Positions 53,363-64,000 of a stretch of DNA of 64,000 nucleotides are shown piece after piece (the first letter of the stretch is position 1; the number at the start of each line of letters is the position of its first letter). The position numbers were made by a program, and so were the translations under genes. Origin of the DNA: Eledone cirrhosa (Eukaryota); the NCBI GenBank assembly GCA_964016885.1, contig OZ024742.1:323764001-323828000 (forward strand). Direction: 5' to 3'. The notes under the pieces are model-generated. The model had not been told where the DNA came from. It saw nothing but the letters and a program-made list of their open reading frames with translations, and did no database searches.

Positions 53363-53778
53363 TTTATATATATATACAGGTATAATTTTATTGTACACTT
53401 CGGTTGTTTGGTGCACAGTTTAATATATATATCAAAGGTTAAAACAAGTGAAATAATCTGCAGTAATGTTAATGGTTAAACTAAATGTTTATCTAGCAAT
53501 GGTTTCTATGAGAGTTATCAATAATGTTGAGAATCATATTTCTAATGAAATACAATGCATTTCGATTAAATAATGAAGAATTTGGAGAGATTTACTAAAA
53601 TTATTATTTCATTATTAAGGTGGAATTTGTAACAAAAGAATTTTCATGTAAAATTATGTTGGAAGGTTTTAATTTAAATAGGAACCCTAAAAAATGGGTG
53701 ATTTTGTTTCATATAAAGTGGGTTGATATCAAAAGAGTTAAAGAACAGAGTAATAACATTTGTAATAATATTACGTAC

Positions 53779-53904
53779 ACATTGGTAGAACTCTCGATAT
53801 CGACCTTTAGTCATGGCAGGCTGGTCTCGACGATAAACCTTAGCAATTTGGTAGCGCTTTATATTGGTGATCTTATTCATTGCCAAATAACGGGCAAATG
53901 GCAC
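53779..53904 (-). CDS. HARS: Histidyl-tRNA synthetase exon (class II motif 2)
   Basis: ccacag|[42 protein letters not shown]|gtacgt; 126 nt. Confidence 0.98.
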
Positions 53905-54906
53905 CTGTGGCCAGTTAAGGAATTAGTAAAAACAGATAATACTATAGACATTTGTAATTTTGTCTTCCATCAATGGAGTCCTCCTTAATGATTTAGCAGA
54001 AAATGTCTAATAACAGGTATCTTTATTGTGTATAGATTGATGTAGAAACTTGTAGTATTAGGTTAAAAATAATGTTGTGTGCATAGTTGTCAGTATATTA
54101 AATACAATAATAATTAGAGTGGTGATTTGTCAATGCTTGGACAAAACGTTTTGCAGTATTTGCTCCAGCTCTTTACATTCTGAATTCAAATCCCACCAAA
54201 GTCAACTTTATCTTTCATCCTTCCAGAGTCAATAAAATAAAATACCAGTGAAATACTGGGGTCAATTTAATTGACTTCCCCCTCCTCATAAATTACTGGC
54301 TTTTTGCCTAAATTAGAAATGAATATATTAAATAATAATTAGAGTTATCCCTGTTACATTAAAGAGTTCATTAGTATTTTGTACTTTTCAATGATATCTT
54401 CTTGCTGTGTTCTCATGCAGTATAGAATGTCATGAGTTAATCTATGATGGAGTCATAGGAGTTTTGTGACATACTAGTGTCTCTTGAGCATTTAAACCAG
54501 GTGGAGTCCATTCCACTCCAGATGAGAATACAAATGACTTCTTCCATATATAGAGGAAAAAATCTAATCCTGTATTGAATTGGTGCTTTAGTTATTGACT
54601 AGGAAGAGATGAAAGATGAAGTTGACTAGAGTGAGATTTCAACTCAGAGCACAAAGAGCCAAAATGAATACTGCAAAGCATTCCAGCTGATGTTCTAACA
54701 CCTCTGCCACTGCACCTTATGAATTTGAACTAGCAGATGAGTAACTGCAGTCTGTACATAGGTAAAACATAAATTGTTGAGCTATCCATATAATAACTTA
54801 TTTTTATTTTATTTAACATGAGAGAATGTCTACAATGTTAAGATGTTAGACTAATAATTACCACAAAGTAAAAATTCAATTACATAAAACTTTTATAAAA
54901 GGATAC
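53905..54906 (-). other. U12-type (minor spliceosome) GT-AG intron of HARS
   Basis: Donor GTATCCTTTT. Branch site TTCCTTAAC (53914-53922) ends 9 nt before the exon, with no polypyrimidine tract. Confidence 0.92.
54117..54320 (+). mobile_element. tRNA-derived SINE (family A); inverted partner at ~54575-54710
   Basis: gaattcaaatcccaccaaagtcaactttatctttcatccttccagagtcaataaaata. Confidence 0.75.
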
Positions 54907-55002
54907 AGTCAGATCATAACGCAGAGACAGAATTTCACCGCCTTGGTCGACTAAATCGTATATCAGTTTAGAATCTTCACCATATTTCCCAGTTAAGGTT
55001 TC
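54907..55002 (-). CDS. HARS: Histidyl-tRNA synthetase exon
   Basis: ttcactag|[32 protein letters not shown]|gtatcc; 96 nt. Confidence 0.98.
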
Positions 55003-56110
55003 CTAGTGAAAGAAACAAGAAAGTAGATAACAAAATTATTGCAACTGGAGAAGTCTTTCCAAATATTTTAGTTAAAACAATTGTAATTGATAGACTCTTA
55101 TTGATTTTGACATGGAGTAAGGGACCCTGTGTTATTGGAAAGTCATCCTGCTAGAAAGGACATCCAGCTATAAAAACCATGTTAAAAATGGATCACATTG
55201 AGCAAGACCTGGCCTCTCAACCCATCTAGGAAGTCAGTAGCTCTGATTTAGTCTGTAACTATCTGTCCAACCCAAGCCAGCAATGATGATTATGTACCAG
55301 TTATTCAAACAACCAAACTACTTACTCACTGAATTATAGGATAAGTTACTGATTAATCAATTAATACTTTACATAATCCTCAGGCATAATCAATGGCAAG
55401 GCTGATCTTTGTATCACAGGTACAGTCCGTCTGATTGACTTCTGCAAAGTTTATGTCTTCTTAATCTTGTAGTCTATGGACATGACACAATATTTCATAG
55501 GAAATTAATGTATATTCTATCGAACAGTTAGAACCACTAACTAGTGAGATACCATCTTTTTTTTTGTAATTTAGTCAAAGTAAGGGTACATTTATTGCAG
55601 AGCCTCAACAATGTTGGGTAGAATAAAGAACGAAACAGAGTAATGGGTTGCTGCATCAGGATATCAATATTGCCCTCAAAGAAGAAACCTGATGCAAATG
55701 GTTGCACCAGAGTGAACACTGGTAAAGGCTCCCAAGAACCAGGTGGTGGTGGTAAACCAAGTGACAGATTAAATCTACTATCCAAGACTTGAAAAGTCCC
55801 TCCTCCAGCAGGCCTTCACAAATTTTCCATCTTGACAATTTCATTGAGGGAAGCTAAGGCTAAGGTAGAAGACACTTGCATAAAGAGCTTGCTCAATGGG
55901 ATCAAACCAGGAACTACATGATTGCAAAGTGAACTTCTTCATCATAAGGCTATGTTGCTATCTATATTGTCAAAATGCAATTTTAATATACAAAACATGT
56001 AATACTGTACACATAATAACACATATCAATAAATCTATAGTGCATTGACAAAAGAGAAAGCAAAACAAACATTGTTATCTTTAATTAATGTAAAAACAAA
56101 AGGTTATCAC

Positions 56111-56230
56111 CTTTAATTCAAAGACAGGCGTGTCAATGGTCTCAGCTCCATGACGCTTGAAGCATTCTATAATTGTGGCAAAGACCTTTTCTCTAATAGT
56201 CATTTGTTGGGGACTAAAATCCCGAGTGCC
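56111..56230 (-). CDS. HARS: Histidyl-tRNA synthetase exon (class II motif 1)
   Basis: ttttgcag|[40 protein letters not shown]|gtgata; 120 nt. Confidence 0.98.
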
Positions 56231-58009
56231 CTGCAAAAGGAATATTTTTTTAAGTACATGGAAGGGTATGTATTATGTGTCAATACACACACAGACATAT
56301 ATATCATCAACATTGTTTAACATCTGTTTTCGCTGCTAGCATATATATATATATATGTATACATGTGTGTGTGTTTCTCTCTATATATATGTCGAAATTG
56401 CCAAAGTCCACCTCAACAGTCGATGACCCTGGAGTACTGTGTCATACAGTAGAAGCTACTCAATACTGTCTTTTATTATTTCATATGTGAGACCCATTGT
56501 TTTGAAGTTCCTCCCACTGTTAGTATGTAGCACACATCATCCATCCACATTATTTTTCCATACTAAGTACAGTTCTCTCCTACAAACATCAGTTGAGGCC
56601 TTTAATGCCCAGTTCACACATGATCCTCCTTACTTGGAAGATAACATGGCACATTGGATCATGATCATATTATTTCTCACCGACTCTGCAAACCATCCAA
56701 ATACAATGTCTAAGCCTCACCACTATGCAGCATCATTCTTCATACATGGAGAAAGAAACGTTTTTGTTGTCAACAGAGGTAAATACTTCCTTAAATTCCT
56801 ACAACCCCTTTTTTTAATCAGGTTAATATATTTTTATTACATTGTCCCTTGCACAAATTAGATTCCTCATGTAACAGAAACTATCTATTACCTCTCCAAA
56901 GCCATGAAAGTAGAATTTGTTTCTAAGGTGATTCATCTACTAACTACCATTGTTTATTTATCACATCTGAATATTCTGGTTCAGTTCAAGATACCAAGTT
57001 TAGGAAGGTGGGTGGTCGGTATTTAGAGGGTGGGTCACGGTTTGGTTTAGCAGGAGTCATGAAGGCAGGTTGGCGTTCGGCTTAGGGTGTTTGCTAAGTG
57101 TTTGCGAACTGATTGGAGCAATAATGGTCTTATTTATGTATGTGTGTGTGTGTGTATATATATGTCATCATCATCCTTATTGTGTACCAGGTGCATTTTC
57201 ATGGTATCATCACTAGAGAGGTTGTTGGTCATAGACTCAACTGTAGAGCCTGCTCTGCTCTGGGGGAGGGAGATAGGTATGAAGTTATATGTGTATGTAG
57301 TGGTGTAGGGGTGTGGTCAATAGGGTAGGGTGTGGTGGAGAGGGGGGTAGGGGTAGCTGATTAGTGTATGGGAATAAGTGATGTAGTGGTGTGGGGTATG
57401 TGGTCGATAGAGTGGGAGAGGGCATGATGGAGAGATAGGTAGTGGGAGATAAACAAGTGATAGAATAACTGCTAGGATGCAACAGAATAGCTACTAAGGT
57501 CTTTAAAGGAGGGGTAGTAGTTAAGGAGTGATTCTGAAGGGGGCATTGGTGATGGGTGCAGTAGTGGTGAGGATAGATGTTGGAGAGTGCTAGTGAGAGG
57601 GAGGGGTTCATGAATGGGTCAGGTCACATTGCATGATTCTGATCAGGTCTTCATCAACACAACATAGCACCAGCTCTCTTGATCCTTTGTCATTTCAGTT
57701 GTGAGGCTTAGTTTCTTAAGGTCACTCTTCACTACCTCATCTCAAGTCTTCCTTTTCTGTGGGTTCCAGTCACTGGGATTGCTCTGCATTTCTTTATGCA
57801 GTTGCTATCCTCCATACACATCACATGTCCATATATAACTATATATAAACTCTTACAATAAACTCTTTCAACATCTCTCTTTCTCTCCCTCTCACACATA
57901 CAAACACATACATATGTACTTTATTAACTTACCACAACTATCACTGCCACCTATAGAATATATTTTAGTTTGGAGAAAGAAAACTAGAAAACAGAAAAAC
58001 TCCTCCTAC

Positions 58010-58096
58010 CTTTGGAGTTTTGAGGACAAACCTCTTTGCAGAATCATCTCCAAGCTTTGCTTTCAATTCCAGAAGTTTGGCAACTTCTTCAGCAAT
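58010..58096 (-). CDS. HARS: Histidyl-tRNA synthetase exon (second WHEP helix + linker); most 5' exon found
   Basis: tctttgcag|IAEEVAKLLELKAKLGDDSAKRFVLKTPK|gtagga; 87 nt. Confidence 0.96.
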
Positions 58097-58399
58097 CTGC
58101 AAAGAAAGTAAAGAATAAATGAGAGAAATGGTAATAGAAGTGGATATAGAAGAAAAGTAAATTGAGAAGAGAGATGAATAATTCATGTTATTTATTATAT
58201 TAGAGTAAGGTTTAAAAATACTTAATCTGCCCTTTACTCTGAAGTGTTAGACAATGTGAATCATATTTGGAGTGCAATGCTGCATGGCAGCAAAATGTAG
58301 TCCTTGAATGCAGAAGATTTATGACAGCTAAAATAAAATGAAGTATGAACTCTTCACTAGATGTGTAGTGCTAATATGTGTGAATGACAGAGCATAAAT

Positions 58400-58680
58400 G
58401 AACCAAGAGAAAAGTTAAGAATAAGAGGAAATTAATGTTGAATGCAATAGAAATGATTGCACTGGTGTGTTCATGTGATGTGTAAGGAGAGCAAAAGTTG
58501 TATAAAAAAATGTGCTGAACTCTTGAAGTAAAGAAAACCTATGAATGAGAGGGACCAAAGAAGACATTGGAACAAAATTGTGAAGAATGACTTCAAGAAA
58601 CTGAACCTCATGAAAGAGATGACACAAAACAGAGCTGACTGGTGATATGCCATAATACAAAAGACCCATTCAGTAGTACA
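58400..58680 (+). mobile_element. Highly degenerate RTE 3' fragment
   Basis: Decayed EKLRIRGI..C, HWCVHVM and RPKKTW-like segments collinear with 31900-32130. Confidence 0.55.
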
Positions 58681-59869
58681 AGCATAGTAACACTAAAAGT
58701 AAAAACCAACTAGAAAGTGACTCAGGGGTTGACCAAGAACAAAATGGTTGGATAGCATTCATGAACTTGGTTGGTATGGTTGGGTAACAGCCAGATCAAT
58801 TGGAGATATTTGTTTCTCACAGACCCTGATGGAAAGTATTCTTCAGAACTCTACTTCAATGACCCTCCCAGGAATATGTGCGCGAAGACAAAAATACAGC
58901 AAATATTTAAACGTACATTCTTAAAGAAATATTGGATTTTAAGAAAAACTTCATTGAAAGAATCTGAAATGGGAACTGTATTTAAAATAGCAGTAATTTA
59001 TTTTACTGAACAAGTAGACTAGTCCTGTATCATATATTATTATATATTTTGTCATGTGAATAACAATGATTTATTCAGAAAAGATATAGATGATATGATG
59101 GAAGGGAGAAGAAATATAATCAACTACTAATTTGCTATTTTACTCTTGAACAATAGATTATAGTAATCATAAAACATTTATAAATACTCACTACTGTCTT
59201 AGATATTGTTAGAAATTGGTATAGAGGGTAGAAAGTGAAGTGGACTATAGAATCATATTGGTTCACAAGTATTTGCATAGACAAAAAAAAACACTACAAA
59301 AATACTTCTACATACAAATAGACAACTGTCTGATTAAGAGGTTCATTTCCCAGCCACGTAGTTTTGGGTTTGATCTCACTAAGCTACATCTGGAGAAAAT
59401 ATTTCCTACAAAAACTTTAGGTATACCTATTCTAAACAGGATACACACAGAAATTAAAGAAAAAAAAATCTATGAAATAGATGCCTTAAGAATGACAAAA
59501 GGGGTGCAGACAAATATATATCCCCAAACCCCGGGACTTAGTTTTATACACAACGTACAGCTAGGAAATGCATAAATATTAAATTATAATATAGTAAAAC
59601 AAAATAAAACATTAGCAGTAGCTAAGGTACATGAAGGTTCAGTAATGCAGTGAAAGCATGCAATAGCTACTGATAATGACAAATGTAGAAAATTGGGTTT
59701 TAAAAGCATTCCAAATAAATGTAATCACAATATCAAAGAATTCAGTCACTAGCTTATGGGCATTGAAATAGTTATCTCCCTTTGATTGTTTTTTTCCTCC
59801 CGAGAGTATAGGGGAGATAACTATTTCAAACTTTATAAGAAAATCAATTTTCAGGAACTGTTATTTCTA

Positions 59870-60268
59870 ATTGGCAGTATCGGTAGAGGGTCGGACGCCA
59901 TGCTTTCCACCATAGTTACGTCCCTATACGATTTGAGTTCAAATCCCGCCGAGGTTGACTTTGCCTTTCATCCTTACGGGGTCGATAAAATAAAGTACCA
60001 GTAATGCACTGGGTATTTGCTGGCCTTGTGCCTAAAGTAGAAACAATTATTTCTATTATATAAGGGTGGTGGATTGGCAGTATCGGTAGAGCGTCGGACA
60101 TGCTTTGCGGCATATAGGTACTTTCATTTACGTTCTGGGTTCAAATTCTGCCGAAGTTTGCTTTTCCTTCTTAAGGGGTTGATATAATAAAGTACCAATA
60201 ACGCACTGGGGTCGATTAATTCGACTTACCCCTTCTTCAAAATTGTTAGCCTTGTGCCTAAATCATTA
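59870..60268 (+). mobile_element. Two head-to-tail tRNA-derived SINEs (family A)
   Basis: ttggcagtatcggtagag heads at 59871 and 60074, each followed by B-box, core and tail. Confidence 0.85.
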
Positions 60269-61129
60269 TTTCCATATATCATTGACAAACTATAGTGGAC
60301 TTACTAAACCGCCCAACAATGAAGGTCTGATTAATGTTGTTTTTATTAATATTTCAATTAAATTATATAATGTTTGTTGGTTGCCATACAAACCTCAGAT
60401 GTTTTTAGTCCCCAAACTGCCATTATCACCCACAAACTTGGGATGAGTACATCCTACTTAAGGAAGGAGCCTCATGAGGTATGGTGGCCGATGTAATGGG
60501 TATTTCTGGCTTTTCTCCGTGGCAATGTCTTCACCATTTTTCCAGCTGGGATACACCACCTAACCTGGTGTGTCGAGTCTGCTGTCCTCTCCCTATTTTC
60601 CCTTACTTCTGCCATTTAAAGTTTTTCTTTTATCCTTCTTTTTCTTTCTATTGTTTTATTTTATGTATAGAATTGTAAGATCTACACACATGATAAAAGA
60701 AAAAAAAATCAAATAATGAAAGTGGGGGAAAGGGGGTGGGATTAATCCTATTTTGCCCATAGATGACAATGGGGAGAGCGGGAGAAACAGAGGCAGTGAC
60801 AATTTGGTTCTTTTGTGTTCGGACCTGGTGTATATATGTACATATAAGAGAGAATGAGTCTTTCCCAATAAATAATGTTTTATCTAAAGCCAAGAGGTTC
60901 TATTGCAAACAAGCCAAGGACTCAGAAAAAACATAGGACTTATTGGAACTAACTAAAGTAAACAACATCAAGATAAAGCTCTAAATATCAAAGACTTAAC
61001 AGAAAGATTTATATATATTGAGAAATAAATGAAAGGAAATAATACATGTAAAGTTAAAGTGAAACATTTTTTAAGAGTAAGATTAGTATTAGAAATTATT
61101 CATTTCCTGTCAACTATAATCAGCAATTT

Positions 61130-61680
61130 TCTTCTCCTTTGCCCACTTATTCCTGGGAAGGTCATTGGATCAGAGTCTTCAAACACTTCTTCCAGCAGGT
61201 CCTGTCAGAAGCAACCATCTCCAATTGATCCAGCTGGATCTCCAAGCAAAACCAGATGAGCTCATGTTTTCCAACCATAGTAGAGCTGTGACCTCTCAAT
61301 TCACAGAAGTAACTCTCTGATCCATTTCTGACAAGTTAAGTAATACCATGTCATCTGCAAATTACAGCTGACTGATGTTATACCTACCAGTCATGATACC
61401 ACTTCCAACCTGGCTGCACATGTCAATCGAGCTCATGAACATTATGAACAGGGGAGGTGACAGTATGCAACTTTAGTGAAGTCCAACACTTACATTGAAT
61501 GGTTTCAATTTAACACCATTTATTTGAACACGAATACTAGGGTATTCACAGGGCAACAAGTAGTTGTCCATCAATCCCATACTACTGCAGAACCTTCCAC
61601 AGCAGGTCCTGTGAAACATGGTCATATGTCTTTTCGAGGTCTATGAAGCAAGACAACACCTCTTGGCAGTACAACCAAGT
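61130..61680 (-). mobile_element. Degenerate LINE RT fragment plus 3' end
   Basis: CLASIDLEKTYDHV..LWKVL, FNVSVGLH*SCILSPPLFIMFM and FADDMVL on the - strand. The 3' part is shared with 38960-39065. Confidence 0.75.
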
Positions 61681-63493
61681 GATGTAGTTACGACAAGGCA
61701 AGTAAAAGCTGCCTCTAAAAAAAGCCTAGTCTTCGCGGGTCTAAGAAAAATACCAGATTAGTGACTGGCTATATGGCGAGACACAACAAACTTAGTCATA
61801 CTGCATCATCCTTCGCATGGATTAATCACCAATTTTATTCAATAAATTTCAATTAAATTATGTTTGCAATAAAAAAAAAATAAAGAAAAAAATTAAGATG
61901 GTGGAAGTAAGGGGAAAGGAGAGAGAGTGACAAACTTTACAACCCAGTCTCGGCAGTATATCTCAGCTATGTCTAGGTGGTATATCTTAGCTGCACTCCA
62001 CAGACAAAATGGGGAAGGTAAACACAAAATGAAATTAATTAAAGAACACGAAGTAGCATATCACACTAGCTATCACAGTAATCAGTAATAGATAGTACAT
62101 TGTCTCAGAGTGTTGAGTTTTAGTCAGATGAAAATACAAGTAGGTAGTAATATTGATTGAGAAATATGTAAATATTATAAAAGTGCTGACTAGTAATAAG
62201 AAACTCTCAGGAGAGCTGGACAGCAGAAGGTTTTACAGAGAAGAAACCCCCCATCCACCTCTCAAGTGAGTGTTTTGGACCTAAAAACTGTTACTGAAAA
62301 TACAGAATCACAATATTCTAAGATGTGCCTATGTAAACTGACAGAGAAACTACAGCAAACTACACAGATATTGTTATTAACTTTTAACACCCTCTACCTC
62401 ATAAAAGTACACTAAGATATTTTTGGAAAGTTCAAAACAGCACTGACTGCATTACATTAAAAAATAAAATCTTTACTCTAATACAGTAAATGTTCACAAC
62501 AATCTGTCCACTAGTAATATTAATTAGATGAATTTTAGAAAATTGTTTTTAAATATTATTTTCTGCTAAATCAATACAGAATGTTAAGATTTAAAGATAA
62601 AATTTAGAAAGAATATCTCTTTATCAACAAATCAATCAGATCTGGTCAGAATATTGTTCAGGAGAACATTGGAAAACTATCGAAATACAAAGATTTAAAG
62701 GCAGATATAAAACATGTGAGAAATGAATGGAAACATTGTTCTCATTGTAATTGGAATGTTAGTAGTTGTTAGAACAAACAGGAAAATACACACTTAGCAT
62801 TCTAGGCAGCATACATCTATAATGAACACCAAAATTTAGCATTTCTACACACAGAACAAACTACATCTAGAAACTTCTCTTTTAACTACATGAAATACAC
62901 ACACACACACATTACTGACTAAAATATGCTGGCATGTTCATACCCTGAAAAGCTTTTGATTACAGCACTGCTTAATTCATGCTGACCTAGGCTGGATACA
63001 GATAGGCCACATAGAATTTATTTTGGAAGAACAGACAAAAATTACTGTATATATTCATATATAAACTGAGAAATATGTGACAAAAAACAAACAATGGTAA
63101 TATGAGAGGGGGGAGGGGAGGGGGGTCAACTTAGATTCTAGGTCAATATTTTGCCAATTTTCACCAACTTCAAAATTTTACGTAAATGAGGTAGTAAAAT
63201 ATTTTCACTTCATATTATGCTGGTTTCACTGTCAACATGAAGTTCTTATTTCCTATTGTTTTTATGTTTTGAATGAATATGGCCTTCAAAACGGTCAGAA
63301 ATTGGTTAAGAATCCATACATAATGGAGTTCTGAAACAAATACTATATTCTAAACATCAAAATATTACTCATGTAAATTTCAAAACCCGCACCATTTAAA
63401 CATATGTTGATTATCTGCCTCGGTTTATAAATCTACTCAACTCCAGTAGTTGACTGATAGTTCATAAGCATTTTGAACAGCAATCATTATTAA

Positions 63494-63803
63494 TCCCGCC
63501 GAGGTAACTTTGCCTTTTATCCTTACGGGGTCGATAAAATAAAGTACCAGTAATACACTTGGATAATTGCTGGCCTTGTGCCAAAAGTAGAAACAATTAT
63601 TAAATATAAAATAGGGTGGTGGATTGGCAGTATCGGTAGAGAGTTGGACGCCATGCTTTCTAGCATAGTTACGTCCCTTTACGGTCTGAGTTCAAATCCC
63701 GTCGAGGTTAACTTTGCCTTTCATCCTTACAGGGTCGATAAAATAAAGTACCAGTAATGTACTGGATTATTGCTGGTCTTGTGCCAAAAGTAGAAACTAT
63801 TAT
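63494..63803 (+). mobile_element. 5'-truncated family A SINE followed by a full-length copy with target-site duplication
   Basis: The full copy at 63615-63803 is flanked by taaatataaaatag at 63601-63614 and 63804-63817. Confidence 0.88.
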
Positions 63804-64000
63804 TAAATATAAAATAGCATTTATTTACTATGAAATAAAATATTCATTGATGAGCTTTATGGTTGAAATTTTTTAGTTTACTTATATCCTGTATTCTAAT
63901 AGGAAAGTCTCTCACACAGTCTTTCTCACTTATTAATGTTAGTCTATTTAGTCTATGCTAATATATGTTCTACCTACAAAAGTATTTCAACTCAATACTA

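Noticed and set aside
57285-57611. Pro/His/Thr-rich 108-aa ORF
   Set aside because: Low-complexity G/T-rich intronic DNA next to a decayed RTE tail; no splice or homology support.

Overview
AT-rich, intron- and repeat-rich metazoan DNA; the SINE/RTE-LINE landscape suggests a coleoid cephalopod such as Octopus (inference). Positions 1-~22.0 kb are a 20-bp tandem satellite (consensus CTACYKCCATCTACAACACA) with multi-kb higher-order duplications. The long His/Thr-rich ORFs in the track are products of this repeat. Just right of it, at 22952-23125 (+), is a terminal coding exon of UDP-glucose 6-dehydrogenase (UGDH) that the ORF track misses, so the satellite most likely fills the last UGDH intron. 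A convergent histidyl-tRNA synthetase gene (HARS) lies on the - strand. I resolved 13 exons (58096 down to 34500, 1437 nt, 478 aa plus stop); the first exon was not found in the window. One HARS intron is a clear U12-type intron. Between the two genes is a near-full-length, disabled RTE-clade LINE (~29.07-32.50 kb) with a C4HC3 PHD finger inserted inside its reverse transcriptase. Introns hold many tRNA-derived SINEs, LINE fragments, piggyBac-like and hAT-like MITEs, a probable Helitron remnant and a ~100-bp-stem foldback. All calls were made by eye, with no database search; repeat boundaries are approximate.
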